Assembly (NCBI GenBank): GCA_047601445.1
Contig: JASGJH010000001.1
Span: forward strand, 3,616,001-3,680,000
Reading direction: 5' to 3'
Source of the DNA: Myxococcales bacterium
GTDB lineage: Bacteria > Myxococcota_A > Polyangia > Polyangiales > DASUME01
Length of the DNA stretch: 64,000 nucleotides
Shown: positions 10,855 through 19,595 of the stretch, piece by piece
Numbering within the stretch: position 1 is the first letter of the stretch
Layout: each line of letters starts with the position of its first letter
Made by a program: the position numbers and the translations under genes
Notes under the pieces: generated by a model
Databases searched by the model: none
What the model was told of the DNA's origin: nothing
The model's input: the letters and a program-made list of their open reading frames with translations, nothing else

Positions 10855-10902
10855 ATTGCACGTTCGGCCTTGCGCTTGGCCGAGACGGTGCACACTTGGG
10901 GG

Positions 10903-12522
10903 ATGGATGAAAGCCGAGATGCTGGGACTCGCGGGCGAGCAGGACAGAACCGCTTGAATCGAAGAATGTTCGTGCAGAACACGGCCTGCGCCGCCGGTGC
11001 TGCGTTCCTCGCGCAATGCTGGGGCGAGCCCGCAGCGGCGGATGCTCCGCCCCTCCCCCTCGGACCCGCCGAGCCCTTCGACTTCGCGGAACTCGTGAAG
11101 AAGGCGGCGGTCCGAGCCAGTGCCCCCTACGTGCCCGCGCCCAAGCCAGCGCCCGAGATCATGGCGCAGATGATCTACGACCAGCACGAGGCCATCCACT
11201 ACCGCCCTGATCGCGCGCTGTTCGCCGATTCGCCCTACCCGGTGTTTTTCCGCCACCTCGGCAAGCTTTTCCCGAGCACCGTGAAGATGTACGCCCTCGA
11301 TGGCGGCCAGGCGCGCGAGGTGCTCTACGACCCGTCGCTCTTCACCATGCCCAAGGACTCGGTCGCGAAGAAGCTGCCCAAGGACGCCGGCTTCGCTGGC
11401 CTCTCATTCCAGACGGCAGGCAAGTTCGACCCGGTGGACAAGGGCTGGCTGTGCTTCCTTGGAGCATCGTATTTCCGCGGCGTCGGAGAGAACACCGAGA
11501 TGGGCATCTCGGCGCGCGCGGTGGCCGTAAACACGGCGCCTCCCGGCAAGGAAGAGTTCCCCGGCTACGTGGCGTTCTACATCGCTGGCGCCAAGGGCGA
11601 AGGCGACCCCGTGGTGGTGCACGCGCTGCTCGACTCACCGAGCATCTCGGGAGCCTATCGCTTCACCTGTCACCGCAAGAACGGCGTCACCATGGAGGTG
11701 GAGTGCCGCCTCTTCTTGCGCGAGGACATCGACAAGCTCGGCATCGCTCCGCTGACCTCGATGTTCTGGTACGCCGAGTACGGTCGCGGCAATCACATCG
11801 ACTGGCGCCCCGAAGTTCACGACTCCGACGGTCTCCTGCTGTGGACCGGCTCGGGCAAGCGCATCTTTCGCGCGCTCGAGAACTACAAGGAGTTCACCAT
11901 CTCCACGTTCCCTGACAAGAACCCCAAGGGCTTCGGGTTGACCCAGCGCGACCGCGACCAGAACCACTTCCTCGATCCGGTGTACTACGAGCGCCGGCCG
12001 AGCCTGTGGATCGAGCCCATCGGCAACTGGGGCAGCGGCCACGTGGAGCTGGTGGAGATCCCCACCGTCGACGAGTACCACGACAACCTGGTGAGCTACT
12101 GGGTGCCCGCGGCGCCGAGCAAGAAGGGCGCGAAGTTCGAGTTCAACTACCGCATGCACTGGCGCAACGACGAGCCCTACCCGCCGTCCGATCTGGCGCG
12201 CGTGCGAGAGACCTATATCGGTCGTGGCGGCGAGCCAGCCACCCCCGATCCCGTGGGCATCACCAAGTTCGTGGTGGAGTTCCAGGGCAAGCCGCTCGAC
12301 GCTGTGGCCGATCCGAAGCAAGTCGTGGCCAAGCTCAAGACCTCGCTCGGGGAAATCGTTTCTCAGAAGATGCAGCGCGTGCCCAACACCACGCGCTACC
12401 AGATCCACTTCGACGTCAAACCCGGCAAGCCCGGTGTGGCCGAGCTCGAAGCGACGCTGTTCGTGGGCCAAAAGCCGGTCACCGAGACCTGGCGCTATCG
12501 TTTCGTCACAGGGAAAACATGA
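10903..12522 (+). CDS. opgD: Periplasmic glucan protein OpgD/MdoD-like, Tat-exported
   Basis: NRRMFVQ twin-arginine signal; FLGASYFR, EEFP, LGIAPLTSMFWY, RPEVHDSDGL, YERRPSLWIEP, DEYHDN. Confidence 0.85.
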   Translation: MDESRDAGTRGRAGQNRLNRRMFVQNTACAAGAAFLAQCWGEPAAADAPPLPLGPAEPFDFAELVKKAAVRASAPYVPAPKPAPEIMAQMIYDQHEAIHYRPDRALFADSPYPVFFRHLGKLFPSTVKMYALDGGQAREVLYDPSLFTMPKDSVAKKLPKDAGFAGLSFQTAGKFDPVDKGWLCFLGASYFRGVGENTEMGISARAVAVNTAPPGKEEFPGYVAFYIAGAKGEGDPVVVHALLDSPSISGAYRFTCHRKNGVTMEVECRLFLREDIDKLGIAPLTSMFWYAEYGRGNHIDWRPEVHDSDGLLLWTGSGKRIFRALENYKEFTISTFPDKNPKGFGLTQRDRDQNHFLDPVYYERRPSLWIEPIGNWGSGHVELVEIPTVDEYHDNLVSYWVPAAPSKKGAKFEFNYRMHWRNDEPYPPSDLARVRETYIGRGGEPATPDPVGITKFVVEFQGKPLDAVADPKQVVAKLKTSLGEIVSQKMQRVPNTTRYQIHFDVKPGKPGVAELEATLFVGQKPVTETWRYRFVTGKT

Positions 12523-14141
12523 GAAGTAGTCATTCGAAGCCCCGCGCTCTGCCGGCGCTGCTCGCCTGCGGCGCATTGCTCGCCGGTTGCAACGGCGCGC
12601 CCCCGAGCCGCCCCAAGTCCCAGGTCGATCATCCCGTGCAGACCAAGCCCGATGCCGGAGCGCAAGCGGTGGTCACCCGCGACAGCTTCACGCCGCCCGA
12701 GCAATTCGCACTGATGGTGGACCGCGCGCGCGAAGAGAGCCGCCACGTGGGCAAGCCCCTCAAGCGCATGGAGCTCCCGCCTTCCCTGCAGAACCTGGAC
12801 TACGAGAAGTACATCACCATCCGCTATCGGCCGGAGAAGAGCCTGTGGCGTAACGAGCCGGGTCACTTCGAGGTGCAGTTCTTCCACGTGGGTTTGCACT
12901 ACTACGAGCCGCTCAAGATGGAGGTGCTCGAGCACGACAAGCTCTCGCTGATCCCGTTCAACCCCGAGTTGTTCTCCTACGACGGCGTGACCCCGCCGCC
13001 CGCCGACGCCGAGCTCGGCTTCGCCGGCTTCCGCATCCACGCGAACCTCAATCGCGCCGACTATCGCGACGAGTTCATCGTATTCCAGGGCGCGAGCTAC
13101 TACCGCACTGTGGCCAAGGGACAGATTTACGGCTTGTCCGGCCGCGGCCTGGCCATCGACACGGGCGAGCCCGGCCCCGAAGAGTTCCCGCGCTTCACGG
13201 AGTTCGTGCTGGTTCGCCCGCAGGCCAACGACACGTTCATGTGGGTGCTGGCGTTCCTGGAGAGCCCGCGCGTCACCGGGGCCTATGCCTTCCGCATCCA
13301 GCCTGGCGATGAGACGCAAATCGAGGTCACCGCGCGCGTTTTCCCACGCAGTCCCATCAAGGTGCTCGGTGTGGCGCCCCTCACCAGCATGTTCCTGTAC
13401 GGAGAAGAGTCGCCGCCCAATCGCTTCGGCGGAGATCATCCGAACCTCAAGCGTCCCGAGGCACACGACTCCGACAGCTTGGTCAGCTGGAGCGGCCAGG
13501 GCGAATGGTTGGTGCGCCCTCTGCGCAACCCGCCGAAGACCCAGGTCTCCACGTTTCGCCTGGATTCTCCGCGCGGCTTCGGCTTGATCCAGCGCGACCG
13601 CAGACCCGAGAGCTACAACGACCCGGAGTACGCCTACGAGCGCCGTCCGAGCGCCTGGATCGAGCCCCTCGACAACTGGGGCCCGGGTTCACTGCGCTTG
13701 CTCGAGATCGGCACTCAGCTCGAGAGCGACGACAACATCGGCGCCATGTGGGTGCCTGACGCGATCGCACCCGAGGCCGATGGCCTGAACCTGCACTACC
13801 GCGTGCACATCGGCATGGGCCTACCCACGGGGCTCGGGCCGGCTTCCCAGGCGCTCGACACGCGCTTCAAAGATCTCGGCGGCGGGCGCACGCGCTTCGA
13901 GGTGGAGTTCGCGGGGGCGGCCCTCACGGATGCCAATCCCCAGCACCCACTCGAGGCCATCGTGAGCGCCCATGGCGGCAAGATCACCTCCCAGCGCGTC
14001 GACCAGGACGCCAGCAACGGGCGCGCGAAACTCACCTTCGAGGTGAAGCGCGACGGCGCGGGCGCCGTGGATTTGCGCGCGTTCTTGCGCTCGGGTCCCG
14101 ACGCGTCGAGCGAGACGTGGGTCTATCTGCTGAGCGACTGA
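12519..14141 (+). CDS. opgG: Periplasmic glucan protein OpgG/MdoG-like, predicted lipoprotein
   Basis: ATGA overlap; LLAGC lipobox; FQGASYYR, YGLSGRGLAIDT, EEFPRF, APLTSMF, PRGFGLIQR, YERRPSAWIEP. Confidence 0.85.
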   Translation: MRSSHSKPRALPALLACGALLAGCNGAPPSRPKSQVDHPVQTKPDAGAQAVVTRDSFTPPEQFALMVDRAREESRHVGKPLKRMELPPSLQNLDYEKYITIRYRPEKSLWRNEPGHFEVQFFHVGLHYYEPLKMEVLEHDKLSLIPFNPELFSYDGVTPPPADAELGFAGFRIHANLNRADYRDEFIVFQGASYYRTVAKGQIYGLSGRGLAIDTGEPGPEEFPRFTEFVLVRPQANDTFMWVLAFLESPRVTGAYAFRIQPGDETQIEVTARVFPRSPIKVLGVAPLTSMFLYGEESPPNRFGGDHPNLKRPEAHDSDSLVSWSGQGEWLVRPLRNPPKTQVSTFRLDSPRGFGLIQRDRRPESYNDPEYAYERRPSAWIEPLDNWGPGSLRLLEIGTQLESDDNIGAMWVPDAIAPEADGLNLHYRVHIGMGLPTGLGPASQALDTRFKDLGGGRTRFEVEFAGAALTDANPQHPLEAIVSAHGGKITSQRVDQDASNGRAKLTFEVKRDGAGAVDLRAFLRSGPDASSETWVYLLSD

Positions 14142-14189
14142 CAACGTTCGCCGCTCAGCCCCGTGCCAGCCTTGCACCAGCAAGGCGCG

Positions 14190-14232
14190 CCCGTGCCCGT
14201 GCCCGACGGCGTGCTCAGGCACGGGCACGAGA
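14190..14232. repeat. Hexamer-repeat hairpin (CCCGTG)n...(CACGGG)n between convergent genes
   Basis: CCCGTGCCCGTGCCCGACGGCGTGCTCAGGCACGGGCACGAG. Confidence 0.6.
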
Positions 14233-14260
14233 GCAGGCGACGGAACAAGCCAGCCGCTTG

Positions 14261-15379
14261 CTAGGCGTACTCGTTCACCCACCGATCGATCTCGATGCGC
14301 GCCATCACGAGGTTGGTCTCGTCGGGGTCGAAGAGCAGCAAGGCAAAGCAACGCGGCCGCTTGGGCAAGGGCTTGATCAGCTCGCAGCACGACTGCGTGG
14401 AGACGACTAGCTCCATGAGCTCGGCATCTGCCTGGGAAGCTGCGAGCGTGACGTACTCCTGGCGCAACACGCTGGCAGCGCTCTCTGCCCACTGGCTCAT
14501 GTCGATGGGCGGCTTGGATTCGCAGGCGAGGGTTAGTCCGGTCTCCGCGTCCACCAGGGCCAGCCCCAGGGAGCCGGGGAACAAGGTCATGGTCTTGGGC
14601 AAGCGCGCCAGGAAGCTCGGCAGACGTGGCACCGGCGGCAGCTCCGACTTGAGCGGCACCAACGACTCCTGCAGGCGCTTGAACGACATCTCCTCGCCAT
14701 CGAACTCCACCGGCACGTTGCGTCCTGCCTCGTCGCGATACTGCAGCGCCGACATCAACACATGACTGATCGGTCTGTGGATGGTGCGCTCGGGTGCGAA
14801 GCAGCCATGCTCCACATACACGTCGCCGGTCAGCCAGCCGATGATGACGTAGGCCGCGGTGTCGGCGGTCAAGCCGTCGAAGCGAGCTTCGAGGAGCTCC
14901 CCGCGCATCACGAACATGGTTCCGGTGCGACCTGCACTCTCGATCCGTAGGCTGCAGGTCTTGCGCTCGATCTCGAGCAGCTGCAGGAACGCGGGAATGT
15001 TCATGTTGTGCAACGAGCCGTAACAGGTCTCCGCCAAGCCGCTGGTGAGCTGCACCAGCATATCGGTGGCATCGAACGGCTCGACCATACATGCGATCAC
15101 GCCGAGGCGCGCGGCGCGCTGCCTGAGCTCGGGAGTGTCCTCCGGCAGCAGCACGAAGCGCCCCAACCGCGGCTGCTCCTTCTGGAGCCACTCGAGCAGC
15201 CTCCAGGCTTCGGCCAGCTGGACGTCCACGAAGGCCGCCTCGAAGGGCTTGCTCTTGAGCTCCTCCATGGCCCGCCCGTGGCTGTTCACGAGGACCGTCT
15301 CGAAGTCCATGTGAAAGGCAGAAAGGACCTGCGTAAGGACGCCTCCCTTGCCTGGCTCGATCGTTAGAATTCGGATCAC
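14261..15379 (-). CDS. Atypical receiver + DUF4388/PATAN + C-terminal roadblock-like domain protein
   Basis: N-terminal REC-like fold (AAFVDVQL; EPF instead of KPF); YGSLHNMNIPAFLQLLEIERKTCSLRI..GTMFVMRGEL..A (DUF4388); C-terminus LGLALVDAETGLTL..LIKPL..LLLFDPDETNLVMARI. Confidence 0.8.
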   Translation of the reverse strand: MIRILTIEPGKGGVLTQVLSAFHMDFETVLVNSHGRAMEELKSKPFEAAFVDVQLAEAWRLLEWLQKEQPRLGRFVLLPEDTPELRQRAARLGVIACMVEPFDATDMLVQLTSGLAETCYGSLHNMNIPAFLQLLEIERKTCSLRIESAGRTGTMFVMRGELLEARFDGLTADTAAYVIIGWLTGDVYVEHGCFAPERTIHRPISHVLMSALQYRDEAGRNVPVEFDGEEMSFKRLQESLVPLKSELPPVPRLPSFLARLPKTMTLFPGSLGLALVDAETGLTLACESKPPIDMSQWAESAASVLRQEYVTLAASQADAELMELVVSTQSCCELIKPLPKRPRCFALLLFDPDETNLVMARIEIDRWVNEYA

Positions 15380-16239
15380 GACCGCACCTGCGCGTTGGTT
15401 GAGGAGTCATGCGTGCGCGCGCGCTTGGCGAGCTGGCTCAGCAAGAGCGTGGAGGCCGGACGACTCGAACAGACAGCTGCGTAACTGACGCGACTGTCGC
15501 GCCAGGTCACGATGGCAGTGTTGCTGCACCAGGTGGCCGAAGCCACCGACGTGCCCGGCTCGAAGAACGTGGTGACGTCGAACAACCGGGTCGACCAACT
15601 GCCGATCTCCAGGGCCTCGGCCACGCGCAACTCACAGGCAGGGTCCACCGCCAGGACCATCGGAATGCCGAGCTGCTCGTGCCGCGAGAAGGCAAAGCCC
15701 GTGGCACCCGCGACCAACGTCTGCTGTAGCCGCTCGTGCGCGGAGGCGGCAACCTCGGGCTGTTGGCTTGCTGCCACGGAAGCCAGAAGCTCCACCGCCT
15801 GGAACACGAAGCGGGCGTCATAGCCGGTCTTGGTATGCGGCAAGAACCCCGTGGGGCGACGTCGAGCCCGCGCGATGCGCCCTACCGCTTCGCCGGTATG
15901 GGCCGAAAGCGCTCGACGCAGTTGCCCCTCCGACAGCAGACCACTCGAGACCAGCGCCTCCCCGATGGGTTTGCCGCCCTCCTTGCACTGGCGGAACAAG
16001 TCTTCCATCGCGGTGCGCGGCAGCGGAGGGTTCTTTTGCTGGCACAGGATGTCCGTGAGTCGCTTGTGCATGTTGGCAGCGACGGCCCAGCAGATGCGCC
16101 GGTTCTGCAGCAGGATCACGCCGTCGTCGCCGAACGACAGCACGCCAGTGGCGGTCGCCGGCATGCTCTCGATGTGCTCGAGCAGCTCCACGGCGGCAGG
16201 GAGCGTTGCGATCTCGGCTTGAGCAAGCTCGACGGACAT
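15376..16239 (-). CDS. PATAN/DUF4388-like protein with MshEN-like helical motif
   Basis: ATGVLSFGDDGVILLQNRRICWA; KPIGEALVSSGLLSEGQLRRAL; GTGA overlap with the next gene. Confidence 0.6.
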   Translation of the reverse strand: MSVELAQAEIATLPAAVELLEHIESMPATATGVLSFGDDGVILLQNRRICWAVAANMHKRLTDILCQQKNPPLPRTAMEDLFRQCKEGGKPIGEALVSSGLLSEGQLRRALSAHTGEAVGRIARARRRPTGFLPHTKTGYDARFVFQAVELLASVAASQQPEVAASAHERLQQTLVAGATGFAFSRHEQLGIPMVLAVDPACELRVAEALEIGSWSTRLFDVTTFFEPGTSVASATWCSNTAIVTWRDSRVSYAAVCSSRPASTLLLSQLAKRARTHDSSTNAQVRS

Positions 16240-16243
16240 CAGC

Positions 16244-16648
16244 TCAAGCCCTCCCGCTTGGATCACGCGCCGATCCGCGTGCCCCTGCCAGCTCGAGCAT
16301 GCGTCGGCGCACGCCCGAGAGCACCAGCCCGACATTGGGAACGCCCGAGGCGATGGCCACCAAAGCGACGTCTTGCTCGTTGGGCAATCGCTCCATCACG
16401 CGCACGGAGCCAGCCGACACCAGCACGATCTCCCGAAACTCCTTGCCCCCTTCGCTCCCGAAGCGCGCGAACAAAGCTGCCCAATCGGCACTCTGCGCCA
16501 CGCCGAACAACTCCGGGGACGCATTGGCCGTGTCGGAGAGGGTCGATACAGGGCTGCCATCGTCCGCCAGCACGCGCAGCACGATACCCGTGCGCAGGCA
16601 CACCAGCGCGAAAGCGATCTCTTCCACCTGCTGCTCGCTCGTATTCAT
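16244..16648 (-). CDS. Roadblock/MglB-like small protein (divergent)
   Basis: 134 aa; FALVCLRTGIVL..FREIVLVS..LVAIASGVPNVGLVLSGVR resembles the roadblock alpha/beta pattern. Confidence 0.55.
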   Translation of the reverse strand: MNTSEQQVEEIAFALVCLRTGIVLRVLADDGSPVSTLSDTANASPELFGVAQSADWAALFARFGSEGGKEFREIVLVSAGSVRVMERLPNEQDVALVAIASGVPNVGLVLSGVRRRMLELAGARGSARDPSGRA

Positions 16649-17319
16649 GAGCTCGGCCCCCCGCGCGGCGGCTTGCTGCGCGGGGCGTGCAAGGTCGCCC
16701 AGTCGCGCTGCTCGCGCTCTTCGATGCGTTGCAACAGCTCCAGCATCAGCGTGTGGAAGGGCCGATGGATGGTGCGCGGCACGTCGCGCGTTGGAATGCG
16801 GGAAAGACGTGCATGCCCCGCCGCCAGCACTTCGGCCAAGGCTCCCTCCCCTTGCATGTCGCCCAGTTGGGCGTGAATCAGCTCACCAGCCTCGAGGTAG
16901 AGCTCGGCGTCGCCCACCACGAAGCCCACGCTCTGGGCCTCCGTGTGAGCGCGCCGCAGGACATCCACGAGCAGCATCGGCTCCGAACCGAGCGAGCCCA
17001 ATGTCTCGCGCAAGGTGGTGAGGAGCTGCGCGCTGGTGAAGGGCTTGCGCAGCAGGAGGCCCCGGCCGAACAAGCGATGGCGCCCCTCGTGCTCCATGAA
17101 CGAGGTCGTCAAGATGAGCGGGAGCTTGGCAAAGGCCGTGAGGTCCGCCGGATCGAGCGAGTCCGAGTCGAGCACGGCCACGTCGAACCCGTGCGCTTCG
17201 ACCTCCGCTCTCGCGACCTCGATGCACTGGGAGCCCACCACGTCCACACCGTAGTGGCGCAGCGTCCGGCTCACCGCGGCGATCAAGCGGGTGTCGAGAT
17301 CGAGCATCAAGAGCCTCAT
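16645..17319 (-). CDS. Response regulator with DUF4388-like output domain
   Basis: MRLLMLDLD..FDVAVLD..LILTTS..LRKPF; then AELYLEAGELIHAQLGDMQGEGALAEVL..RTIHRP; ATGA overlaps on both sides. Confidence 0.8.
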   Translation of the reverse strand: MRLLMLDLDTRLIAAVSRTLRHYGVDVVGSQCIEVARAEVEAHGFDVAVLDSDSLDPADLTAFAKLPLILTTSFMEHEGRHRLFGRGLLLRKPFTSAQLLTTLRETLGSLGSEPMLLVDVLRRAHTEAQSVGFVVGDAELYLEAGELIHAQLGDMQGEGALAEVLAAGHARLSRIPTRDVPRTIHRPFHTLMLELLQRIEEREQRDWATLHAPRSKPPRGGPSS

Positions 17320-18335
17320 CGGGGACCGTCCGAGCGCGGCAAGAACACGGCGAAGGCACTCCCGCGCGGGTCCGCCTCCAGTAGCAGGCGTCCGCCCTGA
17401 TTTTCGGCAGCTGCACGAGCCTCGGCCAGCGCGATCTGACTCGAAAGCAACTCGCGGGGAGCCGTGGCCTCGAGCAGCCCGTCCCAGGCGCGCGACGAGA
17501 GGGCCGGCCCGTCGTCGCACACGCGGAGGTACAGGTGTGACCCGGGATGACTCGAAGAGAGGCTCGAACTGATGGTGACCTGACATGGCACCGCCGCGCG
17601 CTCCGCCGAGTGGAGCAGCAGGTTGACGAAGATCTGCTCGATCACGATGGGATTGCCGCGCACCCAGGCCGACTCGGGGTGCAGTTCGATGCGCACCCGA
17701 TGTAGACCGTCGCGGTAGAGCGAGTTGAGCAGACTTTGCGCCCGGTTCACCACCTCGAACAACGACACCGGCACCGAGATTGGCGGTCCCAGACGCGCAT
17801 AGTCGAGCAGACCATCCAACGTGAGCTGCAACCGGCGACTCGCATCGCAGATGTCCTTCACCGTCTCGCGCAGGCTCTCGTACACCATGCTGCGGCCGCT
17901 CGAGTCGAGGAAGTCTGCGCTATAGACGATGCTGGCGACCGAGCTGCGGAGCTCGTGGGCCACGCTGGCCACGAGTCGGTGGGTAGACTCGAGGCGCGGT
18001 TGGTGCGCCGGCAGAGCGGACACGGGATGGCCTGCAATCTCCCGCAGCAAGAGCATGTATCCGCCGCCCTCGACCGCGTAGCGCGTGCACCCGAGGTGAC
18101 TCTGCGCCTCCCGCTCCGGGCTCCACGCGACGTAGTCTCCGGTAGCCGTCTGCTCGAGCAAACGCCAGAGCTCTCCCGGCAGCTGCAGGGGCTCGTGATC
18201 ACCGAGCACGCGCGCGAGGAGCGCCAGCGCGGGCGGCGTCGCAGACTGTAGGGAGCCGTCGCCCGAGCAGAAGGCCACCGGTGCCGGCATGCCCTCCGAG
18301 AGCAGCAGACACCGTGCGCACTCTGAACGCGTCAT
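17316..18335 (-). CDS. Cytoplasmic sensor histidine kinase with degenerate ATPase domain
   Basis: H-box VAHELRSS; IEQIFVNLLLHS; VCDDGP; no GxGLGL G2 box; start uncertain (18290-18377). Confidence 0.75.
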   Translation of the reverse strand: MTRSECARCLLLSEGMPAPVAFCSGDGSLQSATPPALALLARVLGDHEPLQLPGELWRLLEQTATGDYVAWSPEREAQSHLGCTRYAVEGGGYMLLLREIAGHPVSALPAHQPRLESTHRLVASVAHELRSSVASIVYSADFLDSSGRSMVYESLRETVKDICDASRRLQLTLDGLLDYARLGPPISVPVSLFEVVNRAQSLLNSLYRDGLHRVRIELHPESAWVRGNPIVIEQIFVNLLLHSAERAAVPCQVTISSSLSSSHPGSHLYLRVCDDGPALSSRAWDGLLEATAPRELLSSQIALAEARAAAENQGGRLLLEADPRGSAFAVFLPRSDGPR

Positions 18336-18499
18336 CGCCTGGGTCGAGTCCACCGAACGCCAACTTGCAAGCGACAAGCCACGCTCGCGTCGTGTTGTCT
18401 CGCGCGCTCCTCACGCACCGTTCTGCGCGTCTGCGCCGGCGAACGCGTGAGCTCTTCCTTCTAGCGCGCCACCGCAGGCCCGCCGTGGAGCCCGCCGCA

Positions 18500-18552
18500 G
18501 TCGGAATCCGCCATGGCGGGCCCTGCCGTCCGGCGTGTCGCATTCCGCCATG
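18500..18552 (+). promoter_or_regulatory. Direct repeat pair, candidate upstream activator (enhancer) sites
   Basis: GTCGGAATCCGCCATG (18500-18515) and GTCGCATTCCGCCATG (18537-18552), 14/16 identical, upstream of a sigma54 site. Confidence 0.45.
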
Positions 18553-18622
18553 TACGAAAGTCTAATCTCGTGTGTTTAGCGCGATATTCACGGGTTTTTG
18601 CAAGATCGCCACGCTGCACATT

Positions 18623-18639
18623 TTGGCCTCACGCTTGCA
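18623..18639 (+). promoter_or_regulatory. sigma54 (-24/-12) promoter
   Basis: TTGGCCTCACGCTTGCA: GG-N10-GC with TGGC and TTGCA, ~95 bp before the roadblock gene. Confidence 0.7.
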
Positions 18640-18734
18640 TTGACTGGCGTTCGCAAAGGCTAGACGGCGTATCCGCATCGGTTGCGGTGACGAGCGAGCT
18701 GGCATCCAACGAGTCGGATCGATACGGAGGCACT

Positions 18735-19097
18735 GTGGCAAACATCAAGGAATCCCTCACTAGGATCATGCAGCTCGACGGTGCTGTAGGTTGCTGCATC
18801 GTGGACAGCAACAGCGGCATGATGCTCGGCGCGGACGGCGGCGGGAGCATGAACCTCGAGGTCGCGGCAGCTGGCAACACCGAGGTGGTGCGCGCCAAGC
18901 GTAAGACGATGCGCTCCTTGAACCTCAAGGACAACATCGAGGACATCCTCATCACGCTCCACAATCAGTATCACCTGATCCGCCCGCTCACGTCGAACGA
19001 CGCGCTCTTCATCTACCTCGTGCTCGACAAGCAGAAGGGCAACCTCGCCATGTCGCGCCACCAGTTGGGAGCCATCGAACGCGACCTGTCCGTCTGA
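18735..19097 (+). CDS. Roadblock/LC7 (MglB-like) protein
   Basis: RBS GGAGG + GTG; LDGAVGCCIVDSNSGMMLG..VAAAGNTEVVRAK..IEDILITL..YHLIRPL..FIYLVLDK..NLAM. Confidence 0.85.
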   Translation: MANIKESLTRIMQLDGAVGCCIVDSNSGMMLGADGGGSMNLEVAAAGNTEVVRAKRKTMRSLNLKDNIEDILITLHNQYHLIRPLTSNDALFIYLVLDKQKGNLAMSRHQLGAIERDLSV

Positions 19098-19128
19098 ACC
19101 AATCTTCGACCTCGAAAGGATCAAACTC

Positions 19129-19497
19129 ATGCCCAGCGAAAAGCAGCTCTCCGAAGTTCTCGAACGGATTCAAGGCGACGCCAACGGCTTCATCGCAGCC
19201 TCCCTGGTGGATCTGGACTCGGGTATGACCCTGGCGGTCAAGTCCCTGCGTTCGGACTTCGACCTCACGGCGGCCAGCGCCTACAACAGCGAGCTCGTGA
19301 AGCAGAAGCTCAAGATCATGCGCACCCTGGGGCTCACGGGCGGCATCGAGGACATGCTCATCTCGCTCACCGATCAGATCCACTTGGTGAAGCTGGTGGG
19401 TCCGAACACCTTCCTCTACCTCGCCGTGGACAAGAAGCAGAGCAACATCGCCATCGTACGCACGGCGGTGAACAAGCACGTTTCTGCTCTCGGCTGA
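19129..19497 (+). CDS. Roadblock/LC7 (MglB-like) protein, paralogue
   Basis: GFIAASLVDLDSGMTL..ASAYNSELVKQK..IEDMLISLTDQIHLVKLV..FLYLAVDK..NIAIVR. Confidence 0.85.
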   Translation: MPSEKQLSEVLERIQGDANGFIAASLVDLDSGMTLAVKSLRSDFDLTAASAYNSELVKQKLKIMRTLGLTGGIEDMLISLTDQIHLVKLVGPNTFLYLAVDKKQSNIAIVRTAVNKHVSALG

Positions 19498-19595
19498 AGC
19501 GCGCCGCGCAGCGTGACCCGCCGCTCTCGGCCGCTTTTCCGGGGGGGAAGAGTATGCCGAGGGCGGCGCAGGCTTTTAACCGCCCAGGAACGGAT

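Noticed and set aside
10886..10902. GG-N10-GC match upstream of opgD
   Set aside because: The -12 element is GTGC rather than TTGC and lies immediately before the start codon; too weak to call.
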